Shown one piece after another: positions 19,940 to 29,127 of a stretch of DNA of 64,000 nucleotides. This stretch comes from an uncultured Elusimicrobiales bacterium (GTDB taxonomy: Bacteria; Elusimicrobiota; Elusimicrobia; Elusimicrobiales; Elusimicrobiaceae), in the NCBI GenBank assembly GCA_944324115.1, contig CALUVB010000010.1, forward strand, positions 11,002 through 75,001, given 5' to 3'. The position numbers were made by a program, and so were the translations under genes. Position 1 is the stretch's first letter, and each line of letters starts with the position of its first letter. Below the pieces are notes generated by a model. That model ran no database searches and was not told the origin of the DNA. It was given only the letters and a program-made list of their open reading frames with translations.

Positions 19940-22651
19940 ATGAGATACTGGGTTTATATTAATGACAAAGTAGACGGTCCCTATGATGAGGAAAAACTCG
20001 CTACATTAGACGGCTTTACACCGGAGACGTTAATCTGCTCCGAAGAAATAGAAGAAGGCGGCAGCCAAGAATGGGAAAAAGCTTCCAACATTTTTGAATT
20101 TGATGAAGCCACCAAAACCATGACCCGCGCCCCGTTAACCGAGGAAGAATTGAATACAATCCGCGGCAATACCGCTACCGCCACGACGGAACCTCCCGTC
20201 CAAGAGCAGACACAGCAAACGGCAGGTTCCACGCAACTTTTAATTGAAAAAATAGATAATCTGACGCGGGAAATTGAAGGGCTGAAAAACAAATTGGACG
20301 CTGCTTTGGCTGCGGCCGCAGCGGCACATACCGCCGCGCCGGCCCCTACCATTGCCCCAGCTTCACACGCCAGCGAACCTGTCACGGAAGAGGCGTTAAT
20401 CACCAACACAGAAAGCTTGGTCAACCATGCAGAGAAATTAGTGGCCCAAGCAGCCAGCGCTCAACCCCATAGCAAACCGGCCGACTTCTTAGATGAAATA
20501 GAAATAAATGCTTCCAAAACGGAAAACCTCGCAGAAAAAGGCGGAGAGGAGCTTATTTTACGTTCCGCATTAGATTCTTTATACAACCAAAAACCTCAGA
20601 CTGAAACGGAAAAAGAGGCTACTTTCCAAGACTTGCTTTCTTCTGCCAAGCTCATCACGGATCCTTCTTTGTCAGCTTCCACAGAAGAATCCACCCAGCA
20701 ACCTCAGCCGCAACCAGCGGAACAACAACCAGCCGCCCAAAAAGATATGGCGGACAATATGGCCCAGCCGGCTTTGCAATCTCTGGCTGAGGAGTCGGCT
20801 CCTGCTTCCCAAGAGGAAGCTGCTCAAGCGGCCCCGGTAACAGCGGAAGAAATGCCGCAAACTCCGGCCCCAGAAACGGCCGAGTCTGCGCCGGCTGCTG
20901 AAATTACGGAAGAGAAGCGGGAAGAAATCATTAACGAGATTACAGCCCCCGCCCAACAAAATAATTTGATTTTGCAAGCTATTGAAGAAGCGCAAAAGGA
21001 AGATACTCACGCTTCAGCTGAAAACGTTGCCCCGCTTGAACAAGATGTTCCGGCAGAACAACAAGAGCAAGAGCCTATGCTCTCTCTGCCTACAAACGAA
21101 CAACCTGCCGCAACAACCCAGGATTTGCCCACAGCCAAAGAAACATTAGACTTGACGGGCCAACCCCAACTGAATATTATAGGGGCGGACCAGACGCTGC
21201 GTATGGCTGAACAAAACCAGGCTACGGCGGAAGAGTTCCAGCCTCAAAGCCCGGTTTCCGATTCTTTAACCCCGCTTAGTCCTTCCGAAACGGAAGAAAA
21301 AGCCTTTAAAGATGCAACGGAAACCATTAAAGAATTGGTACCTGGGAAAAAACTGGAACCTGCAAATCAAGAAGAAGGGCTGATTTCCCAGAAAGACTTG
21401 GAAGAAGCCTTTACCGAAAAAACGCCTACGGCAGACTTCCCTATCCCGGAGAATAATAATGCGCCGGCCGCACCTGAAAACATTGCAGCCGCTGCGCCGC
21501 AAGCGCCTGCCCAGCCTGCGGGGGATTTTCCGGAAGGAAAAGGATTTTACAACCCCAATGAAATGACGGAAGTGGAACTCAAAGAAGGCTCCACCTACTT
21601 AATCTCAGATTTCATTCCTCCGGCCTTAACCTCGGGAGAACCGGAGAAAAAATCTTCTAAAGATTACGGAGCCGTGCCTGGATCTTCCGAAGCGGCGCAA
21701 GCCAGCGCCGAGACGGAGCCGGGCGTACAAGTACAGTCTTTGGCGGAAACCATAGAAGAAATTGTACCTTCCAAAAAAGAAGAGCAAACTGATTTGACGC
21801 TCTCCAAAGTCATCTTGGAAAACACAATCAAAACCAAACGCGGCGCCACAATGGACATTAAAACCGTGCCTATGGTAAAAGAGCCGGGCGATTCGGAACG
21901 GCTGGATCTGTCCGATTCTGACCTGGACATTAATACCCAGCATGATTTAAAAATGGCGGATATCAAGCCTGGCAACAAAAAGATAACTAAAATTGTCTTA
22001 GGCTCTTTGGCCTCTGTTGTTATTTTGGCTTTAATCTATGTGATGCTGGCCTATTTGGAAATTATACCCGCCCAGTTTAACTTCATTAAATCGGCTCCGG
22101 CCCAACAGCAATCCGTTGAGCAAGATGCCCAGTTAAACGAAATGTTAGGTATAGACCAAGGCGCTGCCGCCTCCTTGCCGGGGGTGCAACAGCAAGCCCT
22201 GCCGCAGCAATATCCGGGATATGCGTCTCAATCCGGGCAAATGGCTGCTCCGGGGCAAGGCATGCCTGCCGGCTCTGCGGAAGATATGCAAGCAGGCCAA
22301 GCTTTCATGCCGCAGCAAAACGGGCAAATGATGCCTATGCAGCCGGCCGTCAATCCGTTGGATCCAATTTTGACCGAAGTCAAAAACTTCCCCTTAGCCA
22401 ACGGACAAACGCTGCAGCAACTCATCAATACGCGCCACCCGGCAGCACAGCAGCTGATTGAATGGAATATTACCACCGCCGTAGAACCGGATAATTATTC
22501 CATTTTAGTCAAAGTACCGCCGGAGAATCCGCAAAGCTTTAAAATTTCGTACCGCTTTAATTATAATATGGTCACGAAAACGCTGGACCCGACTATATCG
22601 GATTCTAAGAACTTATTAGATTCTCTGTCGGCGTCTCAGCCGGTGCGTTAG
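19940..22651 (+). CDS. GYF_2-like N-terminal domain, long acidic disordered linker, single TM, C-terminal domain
   Basis: MRYWVYINDKVDGPYDEEKL...PETLI; E/P/Q/A-rich middle; TM IVLGSLASVVILALIYVMLAYL. Confidence 0.8.
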   Translation: MRYWVYINDKVDGPYDEEKLATLDGFTPETLICSEEIEEGGSQEWEKASNIFEFDEATKTMTRAPLTEEELNTIRGNTATATTEPPVQEQTQQTAGSTQLLIEKIDNLTREIEGLKNKLDAALAAAAAAHTAAPAPTIAPASHASEPVTEEALITNTESLVNHAEKLVAQAASAQPHSKPADFLDEIEINASKTENLAEKGGEELILRSALDSLYNQKPQTETEKEATFQDLLSSAKLITDPSLSASTEESTQQPQPQPAEQQPAAQKDMADNMAQPALQSLAEESAPASQEEAAQAAPVTAEEMPQTPAPETAESAPAAEITEEKREEIINEITAPAQQNNLILQAIEEAQKEDTHASAENVAPLEQDVPAEQQEQEPMLSLPTNEQPAATTQDLPTAKETLDLTGQPQLNIIGADQTLRMAEQNQATAEEFQPQSPVSDSLTPLSPSETEEKAFKDATETIKELVPGKKLEPANQEEGLISQKDLEEAFTEKTPTADFPIPENNNAPAAPENIAAAAPQAPAQPAGDFPEGKGFYNPNEMTEVELKEGSTYLISDFIPPALTSGEPEKKSSKDYGAVPGSSEAAQASAETEPGVQVQSLAETIEEIVPSKKEEQTDLTLSKVILENTIKTKRGATMDIKTVPMVKEPGDSERLDLSDSDLDINTQHDLKMADIKPGNKKITKIVLGSLASVVILALIYVMLAYLEIIPAQFNFIKSAPAQQQSVEQDAQLNEMLGIDQGAAASLPGVQQQALPQQYPGYASQSGQMAAPGQGMPAGSAEDMQAGQAFMPQQNGQMMPMQPAVNPLDPILTEVKNFPLANGQTLQQLINTRHPAAQQLIEWNITTAVEPDNYSILVKVPPENPQSFKISYRFNYNMVTKTLDPTISDSKNLLDSLSASQPVR

Positions 22652-22662
22652 AAAAAAGTTTT

Positions 22663-22690
22663 AACCCCTGTCTTCTGACAGGGGTTTTTT
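22663..22690 (+). terminator. Intrinsic terminator
   Basis: AACCCCTGTC-ttct-GACAGGGGTTTTTT. Confidence 0.8.
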
Positions 22691-22704
22691 TATACACTGT
22701 TTAT

Positions 22705-23751
22705 ATGGATAGCCTTGCATTGCTTGACCAAGCACAAGCAACACATCATTTGCAGGAAGATGACCTGCTGCAGCTCATAGAAGACCAGACCATAAACGAC
22801 GCCTTGTTTGCCGCCGCCGACCGCGTACGCCAAAAATATGTAGGGAATGAAGTTCATCTGCGGGCCCTGATAGAATTTACCAATATTTGCCGCAACAATT
22901 GTTTATATTGCGGTTTACAGTGTCAAAACCGGGCCATAACTCGTTACCGTATGGACCCTGGGCAAGTGCTTCACTTAGCGCAGCAGGCGGCCCAATACGG
23001 CTATAAAACCGTTGTGCTGCAAGGGGGGGAAGACGCCTTTTTTACGGTGGATAGGCTGGTACCGTTGCTGCGCCAACTAAAGAAATTGCATTTGGCTGTT
23101 ACACTAAGTATCGGGGAACGGCCCCGCGCGGATTATCAAGCTTTTAAAGAGGCAGGGGCGGACCGCTATTTGTTGCGCATAGAAACAACGGATCAAGCAT
23201 TGTATGAAAAATATCACCCCGGCATGAGCTTTGAAAACCGCCTGCGCTGTTTACGGGATTTAAAAGAATTGGGCTATGAAACCGGTACTGGAATTTTAGT
23301 GGGGCTGCCCGGTCAAACCAGCCGCTCTTTGGCGCGTGATATTCTCTTTTTTAAACAATTAAACGCGGATATGATTGGGCTGGGGCCTTTTATTCCCAAC
23401 CCAGACACTCCGCTTAAAGACGCCCCGGCCCCGCAGTTGACTCCCGCCCTAAAAATCATGGCGCTCACCCGGCTTTTATTGCCGGATATTAACATTCCCG
23501 CTACGACCTCTATGGAAACATTGGAGCCTAATGGCCAGATAAAGGCTTTACAAAGCGGAGCCAATGTTATCATGCCTAATATTACAGACGAAAAACAACG
23601 GCGCCTATATGCTCTCTATCCCGGCAAGAATACTGCCGCCGCCGGCACGCCCCTGCTATACCGCCGCCAACTGGAAGCCCGCTTAAAAGCCGCCGGGCGT
23701 TCCGTTTCCACCTCGTACGGCGGGCATGTTTCCAAACATTCCACGCCCTAA
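22705..23751 (+). CDS. hydE: Radical SAM protein, [FeFe]-hydrogenase maturase HydE family
   Basis: CRNNCLYC cluster motif; LQGGED, LSIGE, YLLRIET, GPFIPNPDTPL, GANVIMPN, YALYPGK. Confidence 0.85.
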   Translation: MDSLALLDQAQATHHLQEDDLLQLIEDQTINDALFAAADRVRQKYVGNEVHLRALIEFTNICRNNCLYCGLQCQNRAITRYRMDPGQVLHLAQQAAQYGYKTVVLQGGEDAFFTVDRLVPLLRQLKKLHLAVTLSIGERPRADYQAFKEAGADRYLLRIETTDQALYEKYHPGMSFENRLRCLRDLKELGYETGTGILVGLPGQTSRSLARDILFFKQLNADMIGLGPFIPNPDTPLKDAPAPQLTPALKIMALTRLLLPDINIPATTSMETLEPNGQIKALQSGANVIMPNITDEKQRRLYALYPGKNTAAAGTPLLYRRQLEARLKAAGRSVSTSYGGHVSKHSTP

Positions 23752-23818
23752 AAACATCTGCCGCATACTTACCAAAACTTCCAGGCGGAAAGCCCGCATT
23801 TCCATGGCTGACACAGAG

Positions 23819-23901
23819 TGGCACATCAACAAACGATGGTATTTTCTGGAAGACACCGCCTTTTCAAGCGAGATTGGCACATCAACAAACGACGGTATTT
23901 T
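23819..23901. repeat. Two 27-bp direct repeats (26/27 identical) separated by 29 bp
   Basis: TGGCACATCAACAAACGAYGGTATTTT at 23819-23845 and 23875-23901. Confidence 0.9.
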
Positions 23902-24004
23902 GACTTCTGTCAATATAGATTTCACAAAATATACCTCTTGCCCACAAGCTCCCGCCCGCCAGCCAGCGCTTCTGAATCTGGCGCTATAATAAGAAGCAGT
24001 CTAT

Positions 24005-24032
24005 AAAAAACCGCCTTTTCCAGGCGGTTTTT
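24005..24032 (-). terminator. pepT terminator (symmetric)
   Basis: AAAAACCGCCT-tttcc-AGGCGGTTTTT. Confidence 0.8.
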
Positions 24033-24044
24033 AAAGCAGTATTT

Positions 24045-25280
24045 TTATTTTCCAGCCGCTATTTCCAGCATACGCACCAACAAATGGAATATTTTTTCAC
24101 TCCATTGCAAGCTGAGCCACTCATAGGGGCCATGCGGGTTTTCATATGAGGCGAAGATATTGGGCGTGGGAAGGCCGCTCAGAGATAACCGAGCCCCGTC
24201 TGTGCCGCCGCGGGCTTGGGTGAGGCGATAGTCTATTTTTTCTTCTTTTAAAGCCTGCTCCAGCACATGCATAGCTTCTGGTTTGGCTTTCAAGACCTCG
24301 CGCATATTGCGGTACTGGGGGGTAATTTCCAAATGAATTTTGGCATTTGGATATTTGACCCGTTTTTCTTCTACAATTTGTTCTAAATCTTTTTTAAATT
24401 GCTCAAAGGCTGCCGAGTCATGATGACGGATAATACCGCCCAAGGTGGCATGGTCCAAACCGCCTTCTATGTCTTTAAAAAGAATAAAACCTTCCTCTCC
24501 TTCGGTCGTTTCGGGCAGTTTATCTTCCGGCCAGGAAGACACTATGTCGGCCGCTATGCGTACGGGATTAGCCATAAAGTTTTTTGCCGCACCCGGGTGG
24601 CAATTTTTGCCGGTAATAGAAATAAGCAGCTTATCGGCGTTAAAATTGCCGCAGTCTATATCGCCCAAGACGCTTCCATCTATCGTATAAGCAAAATCCG
24701 CATTAAAGCGTTTCAAATCAAAATATCCCACGCCTATGCCGTTCTCTTCATCTATTGTGAAAGAAATTTTTACGGCTCCATGCTTAATCTCTTTATGGGC
24801 CAGCAGATATTCCGCCAACGTCATAATAATGGCAATCCCAATCTTGTCATCACCGCCCAAAAGAGTATTTCCGTCAGAAGTAACAATATCATGCCCTAAA
24901 CATTTGAGCAGATCAGGGGCATTTTGGGTACTTAAATACATTTTCTTTTCTTCATTAATCACCAAGTCTCCGCCCTGGTAATTGGAATGTATAACGGGGC
25001 GAATATTTTTGCCGCAAAAATCTTCCACCGTATCCATATGAGCCAAAAATCCAATCGCCGGCGCACCGGATACATTGGCGGGTATTTCTCCCAGGACAAA
25101 ACCGTTTTTGTCTATCTCTACGTTAGAAACGCCCAAATCCTTCATTTCTTGCGCCAGCATTTTGCCAAAATCCAGTTGGGTGGAAGTAGTAGGAACGGTT
25201 TGGCTGTTGCTGTCGCTGGTGGTATCTACCGCTACATAACGGGCAAAGCGGTCATAGATTTTCTGTTGTAGCTCATTCAT
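24045..25280 (-). CDS. pepT: Peptidase T (M20B tripeptide aminopeptidase)
   Basis: AHMDT, LGGDDK, DEE, YTIDG, RGGTDG, PNIF motifs. Confidence 0.95.
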   Translation of the reverse strand: MNELQQKIYDRFARYVAVDTTSDSNSQTVPTTSTQLDFGKMLAQEMKDLGVSNVEIDKNGFVLGEIPANVSGAPAIGFLAHMDTVEDFCGKNIRPVIHSNYQGGDLVINEEKKMYLSTQNAPDLLKCLGHDIVTSDGNTLLGGDDKIGIAIIMTLAEYLLAHKEIKHGAVKISFTIDEENGIGVGYFDLKRFNADFAYTIDGSVLGDIDCGNFNADKLLISITGKNCHPGAAKNFMANPVRIAADIVSSWPEDKLPETTEGEEGFILFKDIEGGLDHATLGGIIRHHDSAAFEQFKKDLEQIVEEKRVKYPNAKIHLEITPQYRNMREVLKAKPEAMHVLEQALKEEKIDYRLTQARGGTDGARLSLSGLPTPNIFASYENPHGPYEWLSLQWSEKIFHLLVRMLEIAAGK

Positions 25281-25402
25281 AATTTTTCTCCATAGATCTT
25301 TTAATTATTATACAACATACGGCCCGGCTCTATAAGGCCGCACAAACAACGAAGGGAAAAATGTTATAAAATAAGTTTATATTGTGTTAGAAGGAGGTTT
25401 GT

Positions 25403-25864
25403 GTGAGAAAACTTTTTTTGGTATTGGCAACCCCATTTTTATTTACTGCATGCGCCAGTGTGCAAGAAGCGGAAAACTTTGCCAACTGTACCTATGCCCT
25501 GCGCGGGGTGGAGATATCGGACTACAATGTCAATTCCCTCTCATTTAATGTCTATGTGGGCATTACCAACTTAAACCGCAAAGAGGCCGCCGCCATTAAA
25601 AAATTTGAAGGGGAAATGTTTATGGAAGACGTCAAAGTATCAGACGTCAGCTTTGAAAACGTACGCATAGAACCGGGCGCGACGAAGAATCAAAAAGTAT
25701 ATTTAAACATTCCGATGGAAGTATTCAGCAGCAAACTGTTGGGGCTGGTCAGCATGGGCAGTGCAACAGTAAATTACCACTTAACCGGTACAGCCTATTT
25801 TGAAACCCCGTTGGGAGATGTTCCCGTTCCGGTGGACATAGGCCGCTATGGCAGCGCCAATTAA
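25403..25864 (+). CDS. LEA_2/WHy domain lipoprotein
   Basis: Lipobox LFTAC; beta-sandwich with ITNLN and YHLTGTA. Confidence 0.75.
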   Translation: MRKLFLVLATPFLFTACASVQEAENFANCTYALRGVEISDYNVNSLSFNVYVGITNLNRKEAAAIKKFEGEMFMEDVKVSDVSFENVRIEPGATKNQKVYLNIPMEVFSSKLLGLVSMGSATVNYHLTGTAYFETPLGDVPVPVDIGRYGSAN

Positions 25865-25871
25865 ACTTTTT

Positions 25872-25899
25872 AAATCCCTTCCTTTTGGAAGGGATTTTT
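25872..25899 (+). terminator. Intrinsic terminator
   Basis: AAATCCCTTCC-tttt-GGAAGGGATTTTT. Confidence 0.8.
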
Positions 25900-26120
25900 A
25901 TGCCGTAGCATGCCCAAAAGCCGCCCTGTTTATTTTCCTATACCGCATGCTTGCCAGCCCGTCACTCCTTTTAGCCGCAAACCGCCCTAAGCCGCAAGAA
26001 ACTTTTGCTTTCAGCATAAAGGTGTATTACGCAATCGGCCCGGCTTGCAAAATACCACCCATACAAAAGAGCGCAAAACAAGTTGTTTTGCGCTCCGCAT
26101 AAAATTGATTATACGCTCTC

Positions 26121-28097
26121 TTATATAATCAGCCGCAGCACGGAAGCACTGAGCAAAGCCAAAGCAAAAGTAAGCGCGACAATTTTAAGCGTATCTTTCA
26201 ACCCGTTCTCCCGCAGCATCACAAAGAAAGTAGCCACACAGGGCAGATACATCGCCATAAATACACACGCCACCGCCAGTTGATCCGGAGGCAAATTAAA
26301 CGGCTCTAACAACGCGATAGACACGTCTTTGCGCAAAAACCCCAAAAACAGCACCGGGGTAGCTTCTACCGGCAAATTCAGTAAATATTGCACAGGATAG
26401 CGGAAAATCTTGGCCAGCCAATCCGTCAGGCCGGAAAACTGCATTAAATCCACAAATAACACGCCTGCCAAAATAAGCGGCAACGCATCGCCGAAATATT
26501 CTTTCATGCGCAGCCAGATTTTACGCGCCAACGGGCGCAACTGCGGCACACTCCAAGAAGGGATTTCCATGAACATTTCCGGCGTGTCTCCTTTCAGCAA
26601 TTTATTTAAAATTGTACCGGCCAAAATGCCGTTTACAAACAAAACGCCAAATACGATAAGCAAGTATTTTATCCCATAGGGGGAAAGCATGGATAAAATC
26701 ATTGCCGTCTGGGAAATACAGGGCGCCAACACCAAAATCAGAGCCAGCGCAATTACACGTTCCCTCCTGCTTTCCAACACGCGCACGCCCATCACGGCCG
26801 GCACTTTGCAGCCAAACCCCAACATAATGGGAATGGCCCCATATCCATGCAATCCAATGCGGTGCAGCAATCTGTCCAACAACACCGCCAGCCGCGGCAA
26901 ATACCCCAAATCTCCCAAAAACCCCAGCAGAGAATAAAATACCAGCACATAAGGCATCACATCAACCAATGCAATTTTCAGCCCGTCTGAAAGCACGCCA
27001 AAATAATGCGCCCCGCCATCACCTAAGAGAAACAAATGCCACGGGGTGCCTTCCAAGAAAGAAAACAACCTTTGCAGCAGCGGCAAATAATAATTTTCAT
27101 ACAGCGGCTCCAACAAGCCTATAATCAATTCTCCTACATTGACGATAACGTACAAAGAAAGAAGCAACACCGCCAGCGCAATAACCAATCCGCTGACAGG
27201 GTGTGTGGCCCAGGCCTGTAATTTTTCGGTAAAACTGGCATGTTTATGGCGTATTTTCTGCACTTGCCGAACAATCGTGCCTATCAAACGCCACTTATCT
27301 TCTGGAGCGGGGGGAATATCTAACGTATGCTCTTGCCGCCCTTCATTCTGGGCTAAACGGCTCACCGTCACTTCCAATCGTTTAAGTCCTTCCCCGGTAG
27401 TGGCCACCACGGCAATCACCGGGATTGCCAAGCGCTTGGAAAGACCTCTGACATCAATGACAATGCCTTTGCGTTGGGCTTCATCAAATTTATTAAGCAA
27501 TAAAATCACCGGCTTTCCCAAGCTCATTAATTCCAGCGTAAAATACAAATTACGCTCCAAATGGGAAGCGTCGGCTACACAAACGATAAAATCATAGCTT
27601 AATTCTTTAAACAAATCCCGCTTTTTGCCCTCTATCAACCATTTTTCTTCCAAACGGTACAGACCGGGAATGTCTATAATGTTATAGGTTTCTCCATCAA
27701 ATACGGTTGTCCCATAATTAAGCCCCACAGTAGTGCCGGGAAAATTAGAAGACAAAATACCAATCCCCGTCAATCGGGAAAAAAGCAAGCTTTTTCCTAC
27801 ATTGGGATTGCCTGCCATTAAAAAAGTGCGGGGGCGGAAACTATCCTGCGGGCACGCGTCACAGGCGCAAGGCACCACCTTAATTTTTTTAGCGGTACGA
27901 GGGCCGATAGCCACCTCGCTTCCGCAAACGGAAATCACCAGCGGATTTTTGCCGGGCTTGCGCACTACGGTTTGTCCTTTCGCCAGCCCCATAGCCGCCA
28001 ATTTGCCGGCTTGGGCGGCGTCAGTCTGCACATCGGCAATTTCAGCATAATCACCGGGTTTCAAATCAAAAAGAGTAACAGAAGAAGATGTTTGCAT
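26121..28097 (-). CDS. feoB: Fused FeoA-FeoB ferrous iron transporter
   Basis: N-terminal FeoA (KLAAMGL...VAIG); G1 GNPNVGKS, G2 NFPGTTV, G3 DIPG, G4 NKFD; gate motifs GFGCKVPA and YLPCVAT. Start at ATG 28097 after RBS aagga. Confidence 0.95.
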   Translation of the reverse strand: MQTSSSVTLFDLKPGDYAEIADVQTDAAQAGKLAAMGLAKGQTVVRKPGKNPLVISVCGSEVAIGPRTAKKIKVVPCACDACPQDSFRPRTFLMAGNPNVGKSLLFSRLTGIGILSSNFPGTTVGLNYGTTVFDGETYNIIDIPGLYRLEEKWLIEGKKRDLFKELSYDFIVCVADASHLERNLYFTLELMSLGKPVILLLNKFDEAQRKGIVIDVRGLSKRLAIPVIAVVATTGEGLKRLEVTVSRLAQNEGRQEHTLDIPPAPEDKWRLIGTIVRQVQKIRHKHASFTEKLQAWATHPVSGLVIALAVLLLSLYVIVNVGELIIGLLEPLYENYYLPLLQRLFSFLEGTPWHLFLLGDGGAHYFGVLSDGLKIALVDVMPYVLVFYSLLGFLGDLGYLPRLAVLLDRLLHRIGLHGYGAIPIMLGFGCKVPAVMGVRVLESRRERVIALALILVLAPCISQTAMILSMLSPYGIKYLLIVFGVLFVNGILAGTILNKLLKGDTPEMFMEIPSWSVPQLRPLARKIWLRMKEYFGDALPLILAGVLFVDLMQFSGLTDWLAKIFRYPVQYLLNLPVEATPVLFLGFLRKDVSIALLEPFNLPPDQLAVACVFMAMYLPCVATFFVMLRENGLKDTLKIVALTFALALLSASVLRLII

Positions 28098-28153
28098 AAA
28101 AGTTAGTTTTTCCTTACTTTTATATTGTAGCACACACTCCCCGGCTTATGCAA
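28098..28153 (-). promoter_or_regulatory. feoAB promoter with downstream inverted repeat (candidate metal-repressor operator)
   Basis: Minus strand TTGCAT-N18-(TGc)TACAAT; AAAAGTTAG-N6-CTTACTTTT at 28098-28121. Confidence 0.5.
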
Positions 28154-28272
28154 TAGGATTTATTTCTTTTTCCCGTCGGATAAAGGGCTTCCGTTCGGCC
28201 AATCTGCCCCATGGAAGACATTTTTGGTATAATAAAGTATCCAAAAAATTAATCATTTAGGAGAGACAATTT

Positions 28273-28443
28273 ATGGCTTACAAAGTGAACCCCGATGTTT
28301 GCATCAACTGCGGCGCCTGTGAATCTTCTTGCCCGGTCAGCGCCATCTCTGAACAAAACGGAAAACGCGCCATTGACGCCGCCAAATGTATTGAATGCGG
28401 CTCCTGCGCCGGCACCTGCCCGGTCAGCGCCATCTCTCTGTAA
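28273..28443 (+). CDS. 2[4Fe-4S] clostridial-type ferredoxin, 56 aa (missing from the ORF track)
   Basis: Own translation: MAYKVNPDVCINCGACESSCPVSAISEQNGKRAIDAAKCIECGSCAGTCPVSAISL, two CxxCxxCxxxCP motifs; RBS aggag; terminator follows. Confidence 0.97.
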   Translation: MAYKVNPDVCINCGACESSCPVSAISEQNGKRAIDAAKCIECGSCAGTCPVSAISL

Positions 28444-28458
28444 AAGACACCTCGCTTT

Positions 28459-28485
28459 AAACCCCCTGCTCATGCGGGGGGTTTT
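28459..28485 (+). terminator. Ferredoxin terminator
   Basis: AAACCCCCTGC-tcat-GCGGGGGGTTTT. Confidence 0.8.
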
Positions 28486-28858
28486 ATATTGTAATTCCGC
28501 TTCAGAGCCGGCCCGCCCGCAACAAAAATCCCCACATACGTCTAAATTCAGCTGCGGCCCCCAATCTCTTTTGAAACTCCATTTATCCAACTAACTGTTG
28601 TTCTGCACAACACCCCTCTTGCCGCTTAAGCCCCCTTAATCTGCACAACATACGGCACCTCAGCTTTGTTCTATTTCCCAAACAGCCTCTAACCAGTATC
28701 TTTCCTGCATATAGCGCCAGCTGCCTCCGGGCAATAATCTGCCAAAAGCCGCTCCAACGCGCTCCTCTGCCGGTACAAAACATGTGCCATTGTTGGAAAA
28801 TGAATAGAAAAAGAAACTAAATATCCCCCGGGCCCAGCCGGAGTTGTCTGTACAAAAG

Positions 28859-28890
28859 AAAAGAGCAGGGGGATGTGCCCTGCTCTTTTT
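28859..28890. terminator. Free-standing symmetric terminator-like hairpin
   Basis: AAAAGAGCAGGG-N7-CCCTGCTCTTTTT; no clear gene ends here. Confidence 0.55.
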
Positions 28891-29127
28891 CAGAACCATT
28901 CGGGGGGTAAATCGAAAGGTTCTGGGGGGGAGAAAATCTATACTTTTATGATACAACGCGATGAAGAAAAATGCAAATATTTTTTTAAATTTAGAGCGAT
29001 TTTTTTTATTTACCTGTACATAGCCGTTTTTAATTATCAAGTAGCACAATCACGGCAAAATAAAATTTTTAAAATTTTTTATCAAAACTTCTTCCCTATT
29101 GCTATAATATAGACATTGGAGGAAAAC

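Noticed and set aside
23819-23901. Mini-CRISPR (27-bp repeat, 29-bp spacer)
   Set aside because: Only two repeats, non-palindromic, no leader, no similarity to repeat families I know, no cas genes.
23683-23925. 80-aa minus-strand ORF with a weak RBS (aagagg)
   Set aside because: Overlaps the hydE 3' end, crosses a repeat with a period not divisible by 3, and has no recognisable domain.
28490-28930. Riboswitch or small gene between ferredoxin and the ankyrin gene
   Set aside because: Hairpins are present but match no riboswitch consensus I recognise; the reading frames are short and broken.
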